DNA of 64,000 bases from the human T2T-CHM13v2.0 reference genome, Homo sapiens (GCF_009914755.1 NC_060934.1), one strand, 5' to 3'. Numbered from the stretch's first letter, positions 14,680-30,742 are shown. Numbers and translations: made by a program. Notes: generated by a model not told the origin, from the sequence alone.

Positions 14680-15820
14680 GCTCTAGGCGATGACATCAGA
14701 GAACCCGGAGTTCTACCTCCGAGCCAAGCCCAGTGGTGGTCAAAAACTACGAATACCAGGAAGCACCGCGGCGCGGCGGCCCAGAGCTCCGCGCGCAGGC
14801 CTCCCCGGCGCGCCGAGGCCGCCGCCGCTGGAACCAGGAAGACGCCAGAAACTCGGCCCGCCACGCCGCAGGGACCCGCGCGGGGCCTGCCGGGACTCGT
14901 AGTCTCTGCGGGCTGGGAGCGCCCGCTCCGGAATCTCAGCCGCCGTCTGAGGGCTGAGGCAGCGTGGGGACGCGTGCGCAGTGCGCGGGCTGGCCGTCGC
15001 GGACGCCGCTCCGGGCAGCCGAGCCTCTGTGGGAGCCGGGGCCGCGGCGGCGCGGGTGCTCCGGGCCGAGGCCGCGGTAAAGTTTAGCTTGAAGAACGCG
15101 GCCGCGCTGGAGCAGGGGTGGGGGACGGGGCCAGGCGCGAGGTGGCGGCGGCTGCGGGGCTGCCGGGCTGCTGGAGCGCGGTTCCCGCTGTGGCGAGCGG
15201 GGAGGCGTCCGCAGAGGGGCGGTGGGTGCTGGTGAGTGCGGAGCCGGCGCCCCCTCTGCGCACGTCCGCGCCACGCGCCACAGCACCTGGAGGCCGCCGG
15301 GCCGGCTCACCTGCCCTGGCTTGGGGCAGCGGGAGGGGGCGGCGTCTTCTTCCCGTGGGTCCCCGATTGTTTTCCCGACGTCAGCCCTCAGCGGCGCCCG
15401 GCGGGGGAGGGCGGGAGGCCCGCGGCGGTCGCGGGGCCGACGAGCTCCTCGGCGTCTCCGCCCCCCGAGAAATCCCGCTCGGGGCGCGGTGCGCGCAGCT
15501 GCCCGGGGATTCCCGGTGGCGCCGGTCGGAGCGCCTCCCTCCAGGGCTGTGCCCGCCGGGCGCGCGTCCCCGGGCATCCTTTCCTGGTGTTTAATGCATT
15601 TTGGCTTCAGGACTTGCCGAGGCCGAAGCCGGCTCCGCCCTGGGCCCTGAAGTCGGGCGGTGTCCGCGATTTACCTCCGCACCTTCGGGGCAGGTGGCCA
15701 GAGGCAGCGTTGAAAGCGACTTGCCCAAGGTCACGCAGGTGGCACCGGGGAGGCGACCAGACCCAGGTCTTTCGACGCCGAGGCCAGCTGCCAACCGCAG
15801 AGCTTTGGGGCCGTCTTGAG
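14680..15820. promoter_or_regulatory. PLEKHA1: CpG-island promoter of PLEKHA1
   Basis: About 1.1 kb of very GC- and CpG-dense sequence against an AT-rich, CpG-depleted background. No TATA box seen. CRE/ATF-like TGACATCA 14691-14698, NRF1-like CGCGTGCGCA 14971-14980, several GC boxes. Confidence 0.93.
14941..15076 (+). other. PLEKHA1: PLEKHA1 non-coding exon 1 (5' UTR); start approximate
   Basis: GC-rich, ATG-free stretch inside the CpG island, ending at a donor GCG|GTAAAG (15076|15077). The TSS position is inferred, not visible in the sequence. Confidence 0.65.
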
Positions 15821-18706
15821 TGGTTTGTGGTTTGTTTCAGATGCTTTCTATTGACCTCCTGGAAAGAGGGGAAAGTGTGTCATAATGAAAGCGGTCCTGT
15901 TGCTTATAGTGTTTACCGCCTTTGGTAGAATTCTGGTGAGGCTGTGCCCCCGCGCAGAGCATCTACCGTGGTCTGGGCGTATAAATAATGAAACTCCTTT
16001 GCTCTCTGGGGGCAGTACAAGAAGAGGTTCAAGGAACAAATAAATATCCAGGCAGTTTCTGCGTTTTCCTCGTCTGTTTGTTTCACCTTCCAATTCTGCA
16101 GTACTGGTTTTCTTATTTTACAATTGATCGTTGTTTTAATAAGATTTTCTTTGTTTTAATGAAGTCATTGCCCCTTGTGAGTTAGTTTTCTAAATAGAAA
16201 ATCTTATTTCCTGTGTGTTTAATGACTGGAACAAATAGTGCACTATGAGGTTTACACCATTGTCTTTCATCTTAGAACTCCTGATCAATCTGCTTTATTT
16301 TCCCAAGTACTCAGCTTGCATACTTTCTATGTTAATTTGATGCCACTGAAACCATTTACAGCAAAGTTTGGGTAAGAGTTATGTGATTGTTTTGTGAAAC
16401 TGTGTTTTTCTTCACAATCTGAAGAACTTGAAGACCCGTTATATTAAAATAATAAGATTTATTCTGATCAAAATACCTGTTTACTTTTCATGCTCTTAAT
16501 TTTTCCTGTTGACACACTTGTGGCAAAAGAAATATTTCCCCTAGTGGAGTTAAAGTATTTTTTATCTTGGCCAATTTTCCCAAGGAAAATTGCATTTTAG
16601 AGTACTGATACATTTAAAAAAGAGTATTTAAGTTTGACAGAATTTGAATTAATAAAGTAGTTAATTTATTTTATACTGCCGTAAACCTTACACTGTATCT
16701 ACTGACAGTTTTCTCTTGTAGCGTATACCTGTATCAAGATATATGGCTGTGAATTTAGTGACATTAAGAAGATATATATATATATATAATATAAATATAT
16801 GTGTATACACACCGCGCGGGCGCGCGCAGAGCTTCCAATCTTTATCTTGTTAATTAGTATTTTCATTGTCGCTTTGGGAGGGGGGAAAGTAGCAGGTTTG
16901 TATCTTTTTTTCTCCCCAGTTTTAGCAGTGTAACAAAATAGGAAAGATGGTGTGTAAAATTGAGTTTGTCATAGACTAGGAGAGACAGTGAAACAGGATA
17001 AGTATACAATTGTGAGGAAACTGCCATGAGTTCATAAGCCGGAAGGACCTTTTTAGAAGTGTTTAAGGATGTTAAGAATAGCATTGGATTCTTTTCTTTA
17101 AAAGTCATTCAAGTATCGTTTGCTAACATATAGGATATGACAATATTGACCACTCCTAGGAAGATACTTGGGAAAGGTGGAAACATTTTACATTTTTATG
17201 GGGACTTCCCCCCACAAAAAACATTTAATGGAGATTTAAACAAAGTGGCTTTTTGACTTAAGCCTGGAAGTTCTTTATTATTATTAGTCATGCTGCAAAT
17301 CCCGAAGTTATTTTAATTGTGTGATAATTTGTAACCCAGAATGAAATCTAATAAATAGTTTATTAATATAATTTAAGTCATACTTTGACATTGACATATT
17401 GCTTGATGTCAAGTCATTATTGTTTAAATAACTTATTTGAGAATGGGGAAGATAGTTTTCTGAATATAGTGTAGTAATTATTTGTGACAATAGTAACATT
17501 GCTTTTATTAGAAAATTTTGGGTTGATATAACTAACTGCCTTAAAGTATTTCCTATTTGATTCCAACTGTGAGCTGAGGTAATATGCAAATAATTACTTT
17601 TCTCATGCTGGAGCAGTTTACTTTTGTTAATATTAAAATTTAAATTTCAAGATTAAAAAATCTTGTTTTAGATCTGCAATGATACAATAAAATGACTTCA
17701 ATAGGAGTTAAATATTAAGATTTGGTTTTAGGTTTTTTGACCATTTGTGAGTACACATCCAGCATTTAAGAATTTATTGACATGGTGTCTGAAAGGAATG
17801 CTTTCAGAAAGGGCAGAAAACTTGGTAGCTTTAGATGATTGTTTATAATGCTTAATTATTTTTAGAAACATAAAAATATGGGATGTTTTTATGTAAACAT
17901 AAAGCATCCTGTTATTTGTTATAGCACTAGAACTCTCTTACACTTACTGAGCAATATTAAACCATTTGACCCTAAGTAACTTTTTTTCTTGTGGGTACTG
18001 TCTAATAAGGGATATGTGAGTTTGTGATTCCTAGAAGATGCTTAAGCAAACATATGTTTGCTATTTATTTTAGTAAGCCTTTTAATTAGTTGAATTGATA
18101 ATATTCAGGAAGATAGGGTTTTTGGGATTTTATAAGCTTTCTTTGAACTGGAATTTCTGTTGGATATAAAAGAAAATTAGTCATTTAAGATTTTTTTAAG
18201 TTAAATAAGTTTTAGAGCAAAATATTGTTTCCTACATGGAACTCTTACCAGGCTTGTCAGTCTGATAGCTTTATTCTCCAGAAAGTTGTGGTTTTTAGCC
18301 CTTTAGGCAGCCTAGCCTTTTATGGTTTAACCATTGAACTCTAGATTCTGGATTGAATTTAACCTCTTGAAGGAAAAGACGATCACAGGCACTAGAATTG
18401 GAAGTGATGTCAGAGGGCTTCTAATGTAGCATCTTACCCGGTACAGTAAATCCCTCCTGAGAATTTCCATGTCAGGTGTTCCCTCCCATTATTAAGGATG
18501 AGAATGCTATTGCATATGTCATCAGGTTATTCAGCAGTCCAAGCTTACTGAGAACAAACACAAGAGTTTTAATGAGTTTTAATTTTCACTATTCACTGCC
18601 TTTAACTGTATTTTGTAGGCTCTTTCCCACCCCCCTGTCCCCCACCCCCCATAACATCATGGGTAAATGATAGCTTTTCTGTCATTTACAGTTATCAAAA
18701 AGCTCT

Positions 18707-19030
18707 AGGCTGGGCTCAGTGGCTCATGCCTGTAATCCCAGCACTTCAGAAAGCCGAGGTGGGAGGATAGCTTGAGCCCAGGAGTTTGAGACCAGCCTGG
18801 GCAACATGACGAAACCTTGTCTCTACAGAAAATAGAAAAATCAGCCGGGCGTGGTGGCATGTGCCTGTAGTCCCAGCTAGTTGGGAGGCTGTTGTAGGAG
18901 GATCCCTTGAGCCTGGGAGGCAGAGGTTCCAGTGAACAGAGACTGTGCTGTGGCACTCCAGCCTGGGTGACAGGAGAGTGAGACCCTGTCTCCAAAAAAA
19001 AAAAAAAAACAGAAAAACAAAAACAAAAAA
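18707..19030 (+). mobile_element. AluJ
   Basis: ggaggatagcttgagcccaggagtttgag is diagnostic of the J subfamily; A-rich tail. Confidence 0.93.
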
Positions 19031-20933
19031 TTGCAGTCTATTCCAGTTTGAACATTCAATCTCATATATATTCAATTTAAAGGTTTTTTTTCCCTTCCTT
19101 ACCCTGTGGTCAGGCCACTTACTTACTGAAGCACTTGGGGTATGGACGGCTTGTGGTAAGCTCCTGGGATACTTCTTTCCTTTCCCTCTTAAGGGATCTA
19201 TTTGGATACAAATGTGTCAAGAAGAGAAGTAGAAAAAGACAAGTGTTTGTTATCTGGTGCTATTAGAGTCCTCTCTTGATTAACAGTGGCAGGCCATTGC
19301 AGTCTACTAATAGGCAACCAAACTGGCATTTTTGGTGAGATCTTGCAGGGAGACTCCTGCTGCACAGTTTCTGGGTATGAAATTTTCTGTAGCTAAACCT
19401 TTTCCAACCTACACACCCATCTGCTTGCTCCCATCCTGTCAGTTTACCCACTGGTTACGTGAATGTGTGTGAGTCGGGGTGGAGATCTTTTCTCTCTGCA
19501 GCGAGATATTTTGATAATGGCAAAACAACTTCAATCCAGGTACGCTGTGGTTTCTATTCAACCCACTGGAAACTCACTTCCTTGTGATGTCGAATAGTGG
19601 CATACAGACTACTTAAGTCTGCCTTCTTTCTGTGCCCTGCCATTTCTCATCAATTCTCTTTGTCCCCCTTTTCAAGTAGACACACGGGGTCAGTCACTCA
19701 GTCTGCTGCATAAGCAGATGTGGAACTGGAGAATGGGATGCAAGTCTGTTCTAGGCTCCTCTGATCTTCATGAGTGATTTCTGTTAGAGGCCCCTGCCAC
19801 TGTTTTGGTGAAGACCTCCTTCTTTTCCCTGCGTTCTCCCTGAAGACTTACAGTTCTTTCCCTCTCTTCTGTCAACTGCTCTTGCAGAGTGGAAGGATGG
19901 TGCTGATTAGGGTGCCAGAGCCATGCCTGACTCTACAGATATTTGATCCTCTATGTCTATATATCCTCAGCTTTGTGTTTGTCAGTGATTGTGGGGCAAC
20001 AGGACTAGTCCCACTCGACATGTTTTAACAAATAATAGTGAAGTCTTGTGGGCCTGTTGAGGTCTCACTGTACAGAATTTAATTTTTCTTTGCTTTTTCT
20101 TATATCACTCAGGCTGTTTCTGTGTTTTGCTTTATTTTTTGGCTTCCTGGTTCCTGACTGATGAGGTGTTAACTGTAATTATGTTAATTTATGACTGATT
20201 TGTAAGATCTAACTATACCTTAGAGTATGAGTAAAGCTGAAGGAGAAATTTGGGTTGGGAGGCATGTTAATAATATAATTGTGTCTGGTTTTGCCTCATG
20301 TAAGTTTCACTAAAAATATAAATTTAAGTGGAAATACAGTATTTGAAACTTTTTCCTTCCATTATTTAAATAAATCAGTTAAATCTGGTAAATGATTCTT
20401 GTCTGATGAGGAAGAAACAACTTTCTATCTGGAAACTTAACGTTAATCTTTGATGCAGTAATTATGGGTTACTTCATCCGTCGTTCAACAAATAGTTACT
20501 GAGGGTCTTGCATGTGACAGCCACTGTGTTAGGCATTGGAGAAACAACAGTAAATAACAAATCCCTGCTGTCATGGAGCCTACATTACAGTGTGGGGAAA
20601 CAGACAAGAATCAGGTAAATAAGTAAACTGTATCATTCATTAGATAACCAATAAATGCTAAGGAGAAGAATAACATGGGGAACCAAGGTGGAAGTAGCAA
20701 AACGGTTTGGAGGATTTGCAATTTTAGATAAGATCTAAAAGGCAGTGTTCACTGAGAACGTGACTTTGAGTTACAAGTCCCCGAGTGGGAATCTTGTCTG
20801 GTGAGTCCAGCGGCCAAATGAATGAGTAAGGTGGGTATTGGGATGGGGTAACAGGGCAGACGAGGCTTAGTGGTCTTTATGAGGGCTTTGGTTTTTAGGT
20901 TTTTACTTTGAGTGAGATGGGATCCCATTGAAA

Positions 20934-21128
20934 CAGGTTGTCAACCTTGGCCGAACATTAGAATGATTGGGGAAGCTTTAAAAAAGTACTGATGCCTGGA
21001 TCCCATCCCAGAATTTCTGATTTAATTGGTCGGCGGTGGTGGGGGAGGTGGTGTTTTAACGTAGGCATCAGGAATTTTTAAAATTCCCAGGTAATTCTGA
21101 TAAGTGGCCAAGGTTGACATCTATTGCA
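20934..21128. mobile_element. MER5A-type MITE
   Basis: Inverted ends tgtcaaccttggcc (20939-20952) / ggccaaggttgaca (21106-21119); internal tgatgcct / aggcatca. Confidence 0.85.
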
Positions 21129-21579
21129 CTGAAGAGTTTTGAGCAGAGTGAGGTATTACATAGTATTGAGGAGTGTGACTCTAGAGCCAGACTCCTCCAG
21201 TTTGACTCCTGGCACTGCCACTCCCAAGCATGTGACCTTGAGCAAGTGCCTTATTAGTTTTCTCATCTGTAAAATTGTTATAAGGATTAAATAAACTAAT
21301 ATTTAGGTATTTAGAAAAGTGCTTTGTGAGTAGTAATATGTGTACGTGTTTATTGAGTGAACACTTGAATAAATGTTTTAATGGGATCACTTTGACTGCC
21401 ATGTTGAGAATAGATTGAAGTGGGGTAAGGGCCAGATCCAGGAGAGGCCCTTGGCAATAATCCAGGTGGGAGGTCATGGTCACTTGGACCAGAGAGGTAG
21501 CAAGTGGTGAGAAGTAGGATTCTGGTTATAATTTGAAGATGGAGATAACAGGATTTGCTGATGGATTGGACATGGGGTA

Positions 21580-21962
21580 GGATATGGTTTGGATTTGTGT
21601 CCCCACCCAAATCTCATGTCGAATTGTAATCCCCAGTGTTGGAGGAGGCGCCTGTTGGGAGGCGGTTGGTTCATGGGACAGACATCCCTACTTTCTGTTC
21701 TCATGATAGTGAGTGAGTTCTCCTGAGATCTGGTTGTTTAAAAGTGTGTACCTCTCTCTTCTCTCTTTCTTCCTCCTGCTCCTGCGATGTAAGAGGTAAC
21801 TCCTCCCTCTTTGCCTTCCACCATGATTGTAAGTTTCTTGAGGCGTCCCCAGTCATGCCTCCTGTACAGACTGTGGAACTGTGAGCTAATTAAACCTCTT
21901 TTCTTTGTAAATTACCCAGCCTCAGGTAGTTCTTTATAGCAATGCAAGAACGGACTACCACA
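21580..21962 (+). mobile_element. MST-type (ERVL-MaLR) solo LTR
   Basis: gatatggtttggatttgtgtccccacccaaatctcatg ... attaaacctcttttc ... gaacggactaccaca; 5-bp TSD gggt(a/g). Confidence 0.9.
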
Positions 21963-22369
21963 GGGTGAGAAAAACTTAAGTATGACTTCAAGATACTTTT
22001 CCTGAACAACTGGAAGAAGGGAGTGGCCCTTTACTGAGCTAGGGAAGGCTGGATCAGGATTCTGAGGGGAATATCTGGAGCTCAGTTTGTTAAGTTTGAG
22101 ATAGCTTGTTAGATAAGTGGAACCGTAGAATAGGCAGTTGTATACATGGGTCTGGAGGTCAACAGTGTTCAAGGCTGGAGATAACAGTCTGGAAGTCATC
22201 AATATTTAGGCCTGTGAGAATGAGTAACCTCACCAAGACACTGAGTATATATAGGAAAGAGATCCACAGACCACCCTCTGGGATACTCCAACAATAGAGG
22301 TCTGGGAGATGAAATATTCCTTAGGGTTTCTTATGTACTCTAGAATGAAAGACAATTGTAATCGTTTCT

Positions 22370-23400
22370 TTTTTTAGAAAAAGCTTTATTGAGATAATTC
22401 ACACTATATAAATCACTTATTTAAAATGTATGATTTAGTGCATTCACAGTTACGTGGACAACACCACAATCAATTTTAGAATATTAGTATCATCCCCAAA
22501 GAAACCCTGTACCCTCCTATCCTTAGACAACAACTCATTTCCCCTGTACCTAGGCAACTAGTAATCTACCTTCTAGCTTTATAGATTTGCCCATTCTGCA
22601 TATTTCATGTCAGTGGAATCATACTATACTTGGTTTGTTTAGAGAGAAGTGGTATCCATTAGTACCTAGCTTCTAGATTCAATAGATACCAAGTTACTTG
22701 GTAAAGGTGGGGGCTATAAGATCTCTCCAATGTAAAGATACATTTCCTGTTTGCAATTAGTAACAAAACTGTGGGGTGATATTTTGAGACTATGAATATT
22801 CTGTTTCCTAACAGCATTTCATCTAGTGGTTTTAGTGTTCATTGAAGATGCTTGTGTAAATCAGTGAGACATTGGGATTACAAAGTGGTGATTTTCTATT
22901 ACTGTCATATCTTCAGAAATGATGTAGTTCATATTATTTCTAATTCAGATGTATTGTACACAGTTTGTTCTTTTGTTTTTTGTTTGTACCTCTTTTCTCT
23001 CACTGTGAAAGTCTTGGTTCCTAATAACAAATAAATGTTTTCTTTTATTTTAAATATAATCATATCAACATATTTACATTATCCAATAATGTACATTATA
23101 ATGGTCTGGAAGTCTTGTTATACCTAAAATGTTTCACATTACAGTACCAAGTAGGAATGCTGGATCATAGGATAAAAGCATATATGATTTTGTTAAATAG
23201 TACCAGATTCACCCAGTAGGGTTTTACCATTTTGCCTTCTTGCCAGCAATGTAAGAGTTTCTGTTTTCTTACAGCCTCATCAGTATAGTGTGTTGTCAAA
23301 CTTTTGAATTTTTGCCAGTCTAATAGATGAGAAATGGTATATCTGTATAGTATAGATTTAAAAAACCTTTCTATTATGGAGATTTGTGAACATCCACAAA
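22370..23400 (-). mobile_element. L1M fragments (antisense)
   Basis: gctttattgagataattcac..., gatttgcccattctgcatatttcat..., aatgctggatcatagg. Confidence 0.7.
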
Positions 23401-23529
23401 AATAGAATAGTGTAACCAATCCCATGAACACCATCATTTAGCCCCAGCAACTACCAACCCTGCCACCAGTGCCTCCGTTTATTCCCTTCTCTAAAAATTA
23501 TTTTGAAACAAATCCCAGATAACATTTTT

Positions 23530-23867
<338 letters not shown>

Positions 23868-24577
23868 CCAGATAAATAACATTTATTTTATATCAGTAAA
23901 TATCTCTAAATGAAAAGGACTCCTCCTTTTTTTGGTAACAATCACAATGCCGTTATCACACCAAAAATAATGTGTCTGTTTTCTTAATATCATCAGACAA
24001 TATTCAAATTTCCGATTTTAAGTATGTCAGTGTTTTTTTGTTTGTTTTTGTTTTTATTTTTAAAGAAACAGGATTTAAATAAAATCCACATGTCGTGATT
24101 GGTCCAGATATCTAAAGTCTTTTTTAATTCATAGGTTTCTCCTCTAGTTCCTTTTCTTCTCCTGCTTTTGAATTTAATTTTAAAGAAACCAGTTATCTTT
24201 CCTGAGCCATTTCTTACTGTATAGATTTTGATATTTGAATCCCTGTGGTAGTCTCTCGTGTTGTTCTGTTCTTGGGATGTCATTGGCAATGGCTACATCT
24301 CGGTATGGTTTTTTTGTATTTGTCCTGTTATGAGTGATACTGAATATCTCATCATATATTTAAAGGCCATTTTTATATCTCTCTTGGTACAATGTTCATG
24401 TCTTTTACTCATTTTTCTATTGAACGTTTGATATATTTCCCTTAACATTTTTTGCAAGCTCTTTAAATGTTAGGGAGATTAGCCCTTTGTTTATGATATA
24501 AGTTGCAAATATTTTCTACTGGCTTTGACTTTGCTTATCAGGTTTTTGCCATGGAAAGCTTTTAAAAAACTTTATTT

Positions 24578-24876
24578 GGCTGGGCGCGGTGGCTCACGCC
24601 TGTAATCCCAGCACTTTGGGAGGCCGAGATGGGCGGATCACGTGGTCAGGAGATTGAGACCATCCTGGCTAACACGGTGAAACCCCGTCTCTACTAAAAA
24701 TACAAAAAATTAGCCGGGTGAGGTGGTGGGCGCCTGTAGTCCCAGCTGCTCGGGAGGCTGAGGCAGGAGAATGGTGTGAACCCCAGGGGGCAGAGCCTGC
24801 AGTGCGCCGAGATCGTGCCACTGCACTCCAGCCTGGGTGACAGAGCGAGACTCTGTCTCAAAAAAAAAAAAAAAAA
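24578..24876 (+). mobile_element. AluY-type
   Basis: gagaccatcctggctaacacggtg and ggagaatggtgtgaacc diagnostics; many CpGs retained. Confidence 0.93.
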
Positions 24877-24918
24877 TGACTTGTAGTCATTTATAAATGA
24901 GTTTTTAAAATTGTTACT

Positions 24919-25214
24919 GCTCCAGGTGTGGTGGCTCACACCTGTAATCCCAGCACTTTGGGAGGCCAATGCAGGTGGATCATTTGTGGTCAGGACTTTG
25001 AGACCAGCCTGGCCAAACATGGTGAAACCCTGTCTCTACTGAAAATACAGAAATTAGCCGGGCGGTAGTGGCTCAGTGCCTGTAATCTTAGCTACTCAGG
25101 AGGCTGAGGCATGAGAATTGCTTGAGCCTGTGAGGTGGAGGTTGCAGTGAGCCGAGTATCACGCGACTGCACTGCAGTCTGGGCAACAGAGTGAGACTCT
25201 ACCTCAAAAAAAGA
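24919..25214 (+). mobile_element. AluS
   Basis: Full Alu; TSD aaattg(t/g)tactg. Confidence 0.93.
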
Positions 25215-25239
25215 ATTTTTTTTTAAATTGGTACTGGAT

Positions 25240-27685
<2,446 letters not shown>

Positions 27686-27789
27686 ATTCAGGTGATAATT
27701 TCATCTATAGCACTAAAAACCAATGAAAATTCTGACATATATTTGTTTATAAAATTCCTTGAATGCTCTGTATATTGTATTTATATGGT

Positions 27790-28140
27790 ATATACCTGAG
27801 GGCTTTTCTGTAGCATAAAAGAACAGTTCATTATTTTTCACTGTTCTCTGGGTTGAAGGAGCTCATTTGGGCAGCTCCATCTTGGGGGTCTCTCTCTTGT
27901 AGTTGCAGTCAGATGGCAGCTGGAATGAGAGTCATCTGAAGGCTTGACTGGGCTGGATGGTCAAGATAGCCTCTTCACTCACTCTGCTAGAATGACTGGG
28001 ACAGCTGGGTGTGGGCTGGTCACCTCTCTCCGCACAGCTTCTTCATGGGACTAGTTGGCTTTCACACAACGGGGCAGTCTGAAGGCAGTCAGATTTCCTA
28101 CATGACAGCTGACTTCTAGAGTGAGCATTCTAAGACATTG
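27790..28140 (-). mobile_element. MLT1-type MaLR LTR fragment
   Basis: gttgcagtcagatggcagctgg...gtcatctgaaggcttgactgggctgga...cttcactcac. Confidence 0.65.
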
Positions 28141-29665
28141 AGTTTTTTCAAGTAGATAATTTATTTGCTCTACTCTTTCAAACTAAGAAGTAAGATAAAT
28201 GTATGGGGCCAGTCATTGTAGAAACTGCCTGGTAAGTAACGTTACAGCATCCTTTTATTTTTTTAGTCGAGGTGAAATTAGCATGAGATTACCCATTTTA
28301 GTGCGTACAACCCAATGACATTTCATACTTTCACAGTGTCAGTGTTGTGCAACTATCACCTATATCTACTATCAAAACATTTTCATCACCTGTTAAGCAG
28401 CTCTTCTGCATTTCCCACTCTCTTCAGCCTCTGGCAACCACCAATCTATTCCTTGTTGCTCTGGATTTATCTATTTAGGATCTTTCATATAAATAGAATC
28501 ATACAACATGTACCTTTTTGTTGGTGGCTTTTTTCATTTAGCATGTTTCTGAGGTTTATCTAGGTAGTAGCATGTATCAGTACTTCATTCCTTTTTATGT
28601 CTGAAAAATATTCCATTGTATGCATATACCACATTTCATTCATTTGTTGGGGTTGTTTCCACCTTTTGGCTATTTGTGAGTAGTGCTGCTATGAACATTT
28701 CATATACAAGGGTTTATTTGACTACCTGTGTTCAATTCTGAATATCTGAATCTCAGAGATACGTGGGTTCAGTTTCAGTCCATGGCAATAAGATAAATGT
28801 TGCAATAGAATGAATCACACTAATTTTTTGGTTTCCCAGTACATATAAAAACTATGTTTACACTATACTGTAACCTATTAAGTGTGCTATAGCATTATGT
28901 GTAAAAAATGTATATACTATAATTTAAAAATATTTTATTGCTTAAAAATGCTAACAGTCATCTCAGCCTCTTCAAATGAGTTGTAATTTTTTGCTAGTGG
29001 AGAGTTTTAACTCAATGTTGGTGGCTGCTGACTGATTAGGATAGTGGTTGCTGAAGGTAGGGGTGGCTGTGGCATTTCAAGAAACCACTTTTGTTTGCTC
29101 ATCCATAGAAGCAACTTCTCATCTGTTCAAGTTTTAGCATGAGATTATAGTAATTTAGTCACATTTTCAGGCTCTTCTAATTCTAGTCCTTTTGCTGTTT
29201 CTGCCATATTTGTAGTTACTTCCTCCACTGAAGTCTTGAACCCTCCCAAGTCATCCACGAGAGTTGGAATCAACTTCTTTCAAAACCTTGTTAATGTTGA
29301 TATTTGGACCTCCTCTTGTGAATCATGAATGTTCTGAACAGCATCTAGAATGATGAATCCTCTCCAGAAAATTTTCAATTTACTTTGCCCAGATCTATCA
29401 GAGGAATCACTGTCTATGGCAGCTATATTTCAAATCACAAATATATATTTCAATATCACAAAATGTGTTTCTTGAAAGTTGAAATTACTCTTTGATTCAT
29501 GAGCTGCAGAATGGATGTTGTGTTAACAGGTGTGGAAACAACATAATCACCTTGCACATTTTCATCAGAGCTCTTGGGTGACCACGTGCATTGTCAGTGA
29601 GCAGTGATATTTGGAAAGGAATCTTCTGAGGAGTAAGTCTCAATAGTGGGCTTAAAATATTCAGT

Positions 29666-29963
29666 GGCTGGGCGTGGTGGCTAACACCTGTAATTCCAAC
29701 ACTTTGGGAGGCCAAGGCAAGCGGATCACCTGAGGTCAGGAGTTTGAGAGCAGCCCGGCCAATGTGGTGAAACCCTGTTTCTACTAAAAATACAAAAATT
29801 AGTCAGGCATGATGGCATGTGCCTGTAATCCCAGTTACTTGGGAGGCTGAGGCAGGCTGAGGCAGGAGAATTGCTTGAACCTGGGAGGTGGAGGTTGCAG
29901 TGAGCCAAGATTGCGCCACCACTCTAGCCTGGGTGACAGCAAGACTCCATCTCAAAAAAAAAA
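29666..29963 (+). mobile_element. AluS inside Tigger1
   Basis: Full Alu with an internal 10-bp duplication (ggctgaggca twice, ~29844-29863). Confidence 0.94.
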
Positions 29964-30742
29964 TTTTTTTTTCAGTAAAACATGCTGTAAACAGGTGTGC
30001 TGTCATCCAGATTTTGTTATTCCATTTTTAGAGTACAGGCAGAGTAGACTTTGCATAATTCTTGAGGGCTCTAGGATTTTTTTCGGAATGGTAAGTGAGC
30101 AGTGACTTCAACTTAAAGTCAGCAGCTACATTAGCCCCTAACAAGAGTCAGCTTGTCCTTTGAAGCTTTGAATCAGGCATTGACTTCTCTAGAACTGTGA
30201 AAGTCCTAGATGGCATCTTCCAATAGAAGACTTTCACATACATTCAAAATCTCTTTACTGTACCCACCTCCTTGATGTCAGCTAGATCTTCCTGGATAAC
30301 TTGTGGAAGCTTCTATATCAGCACTTGCTGCTTCACCTTGCACTTTTATGTTATAGAGATGGCTTCTTTCTTTAAAAGTCATGAACCAACAACCTCTGCT
30401 GGCTTCCAGCTTTCTTCCTGTAGCTTCTCACCTCTCTCAGCCTTCAAATAACTGAAGAAAGCCTTTCTTTAGGTTAGGCTTTGACTTAAGGGGAATACTG
30501 TAGCTAATTTGATGTTCTGTCGAGACCAGTAAAGCTTTCTTCATATCAGCAATAAAGCTGTTTCACTTACCATTCTTGTGTTCACTGAAGTAGCACTTTT
30601 AATTTCCTTCAGGAACTTTACCTTTGCATTCATAACTTGGCTGTTTGGCGCAAGAAACCTCATTTTTGGTCTGTCTCAGCTTTTGACATGCTTCACTTAC
30701 TAAGCTTAGACATTTCTGGCTTTTGGTTTAAAGCGAGACACT

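Larger units (their letters stand above)
20470..22320 (-). mobile_element. L2 element fragmented by MER5A, MIR and MST insertions
   Basis: ttcaacaaatagttactgag tail, then collinear L2 text that resumes after each insert. Confidence 0.7.

Noticed and set aside
14658-15928. Many long overlapping ORFs (up to 230 aa) on both strands
   Set aside because: Stop-codon scarcity in a GC-rich CpG island; low-complexity Arg/Gly/Pro/Ala translations, many with non-ATG starts.
20934-21128. Hairpin potential in MER5A, also at 51768-51967
   Set aside because: Fully explained by the element's own palindromic structure, unlike the MADE2 locus.
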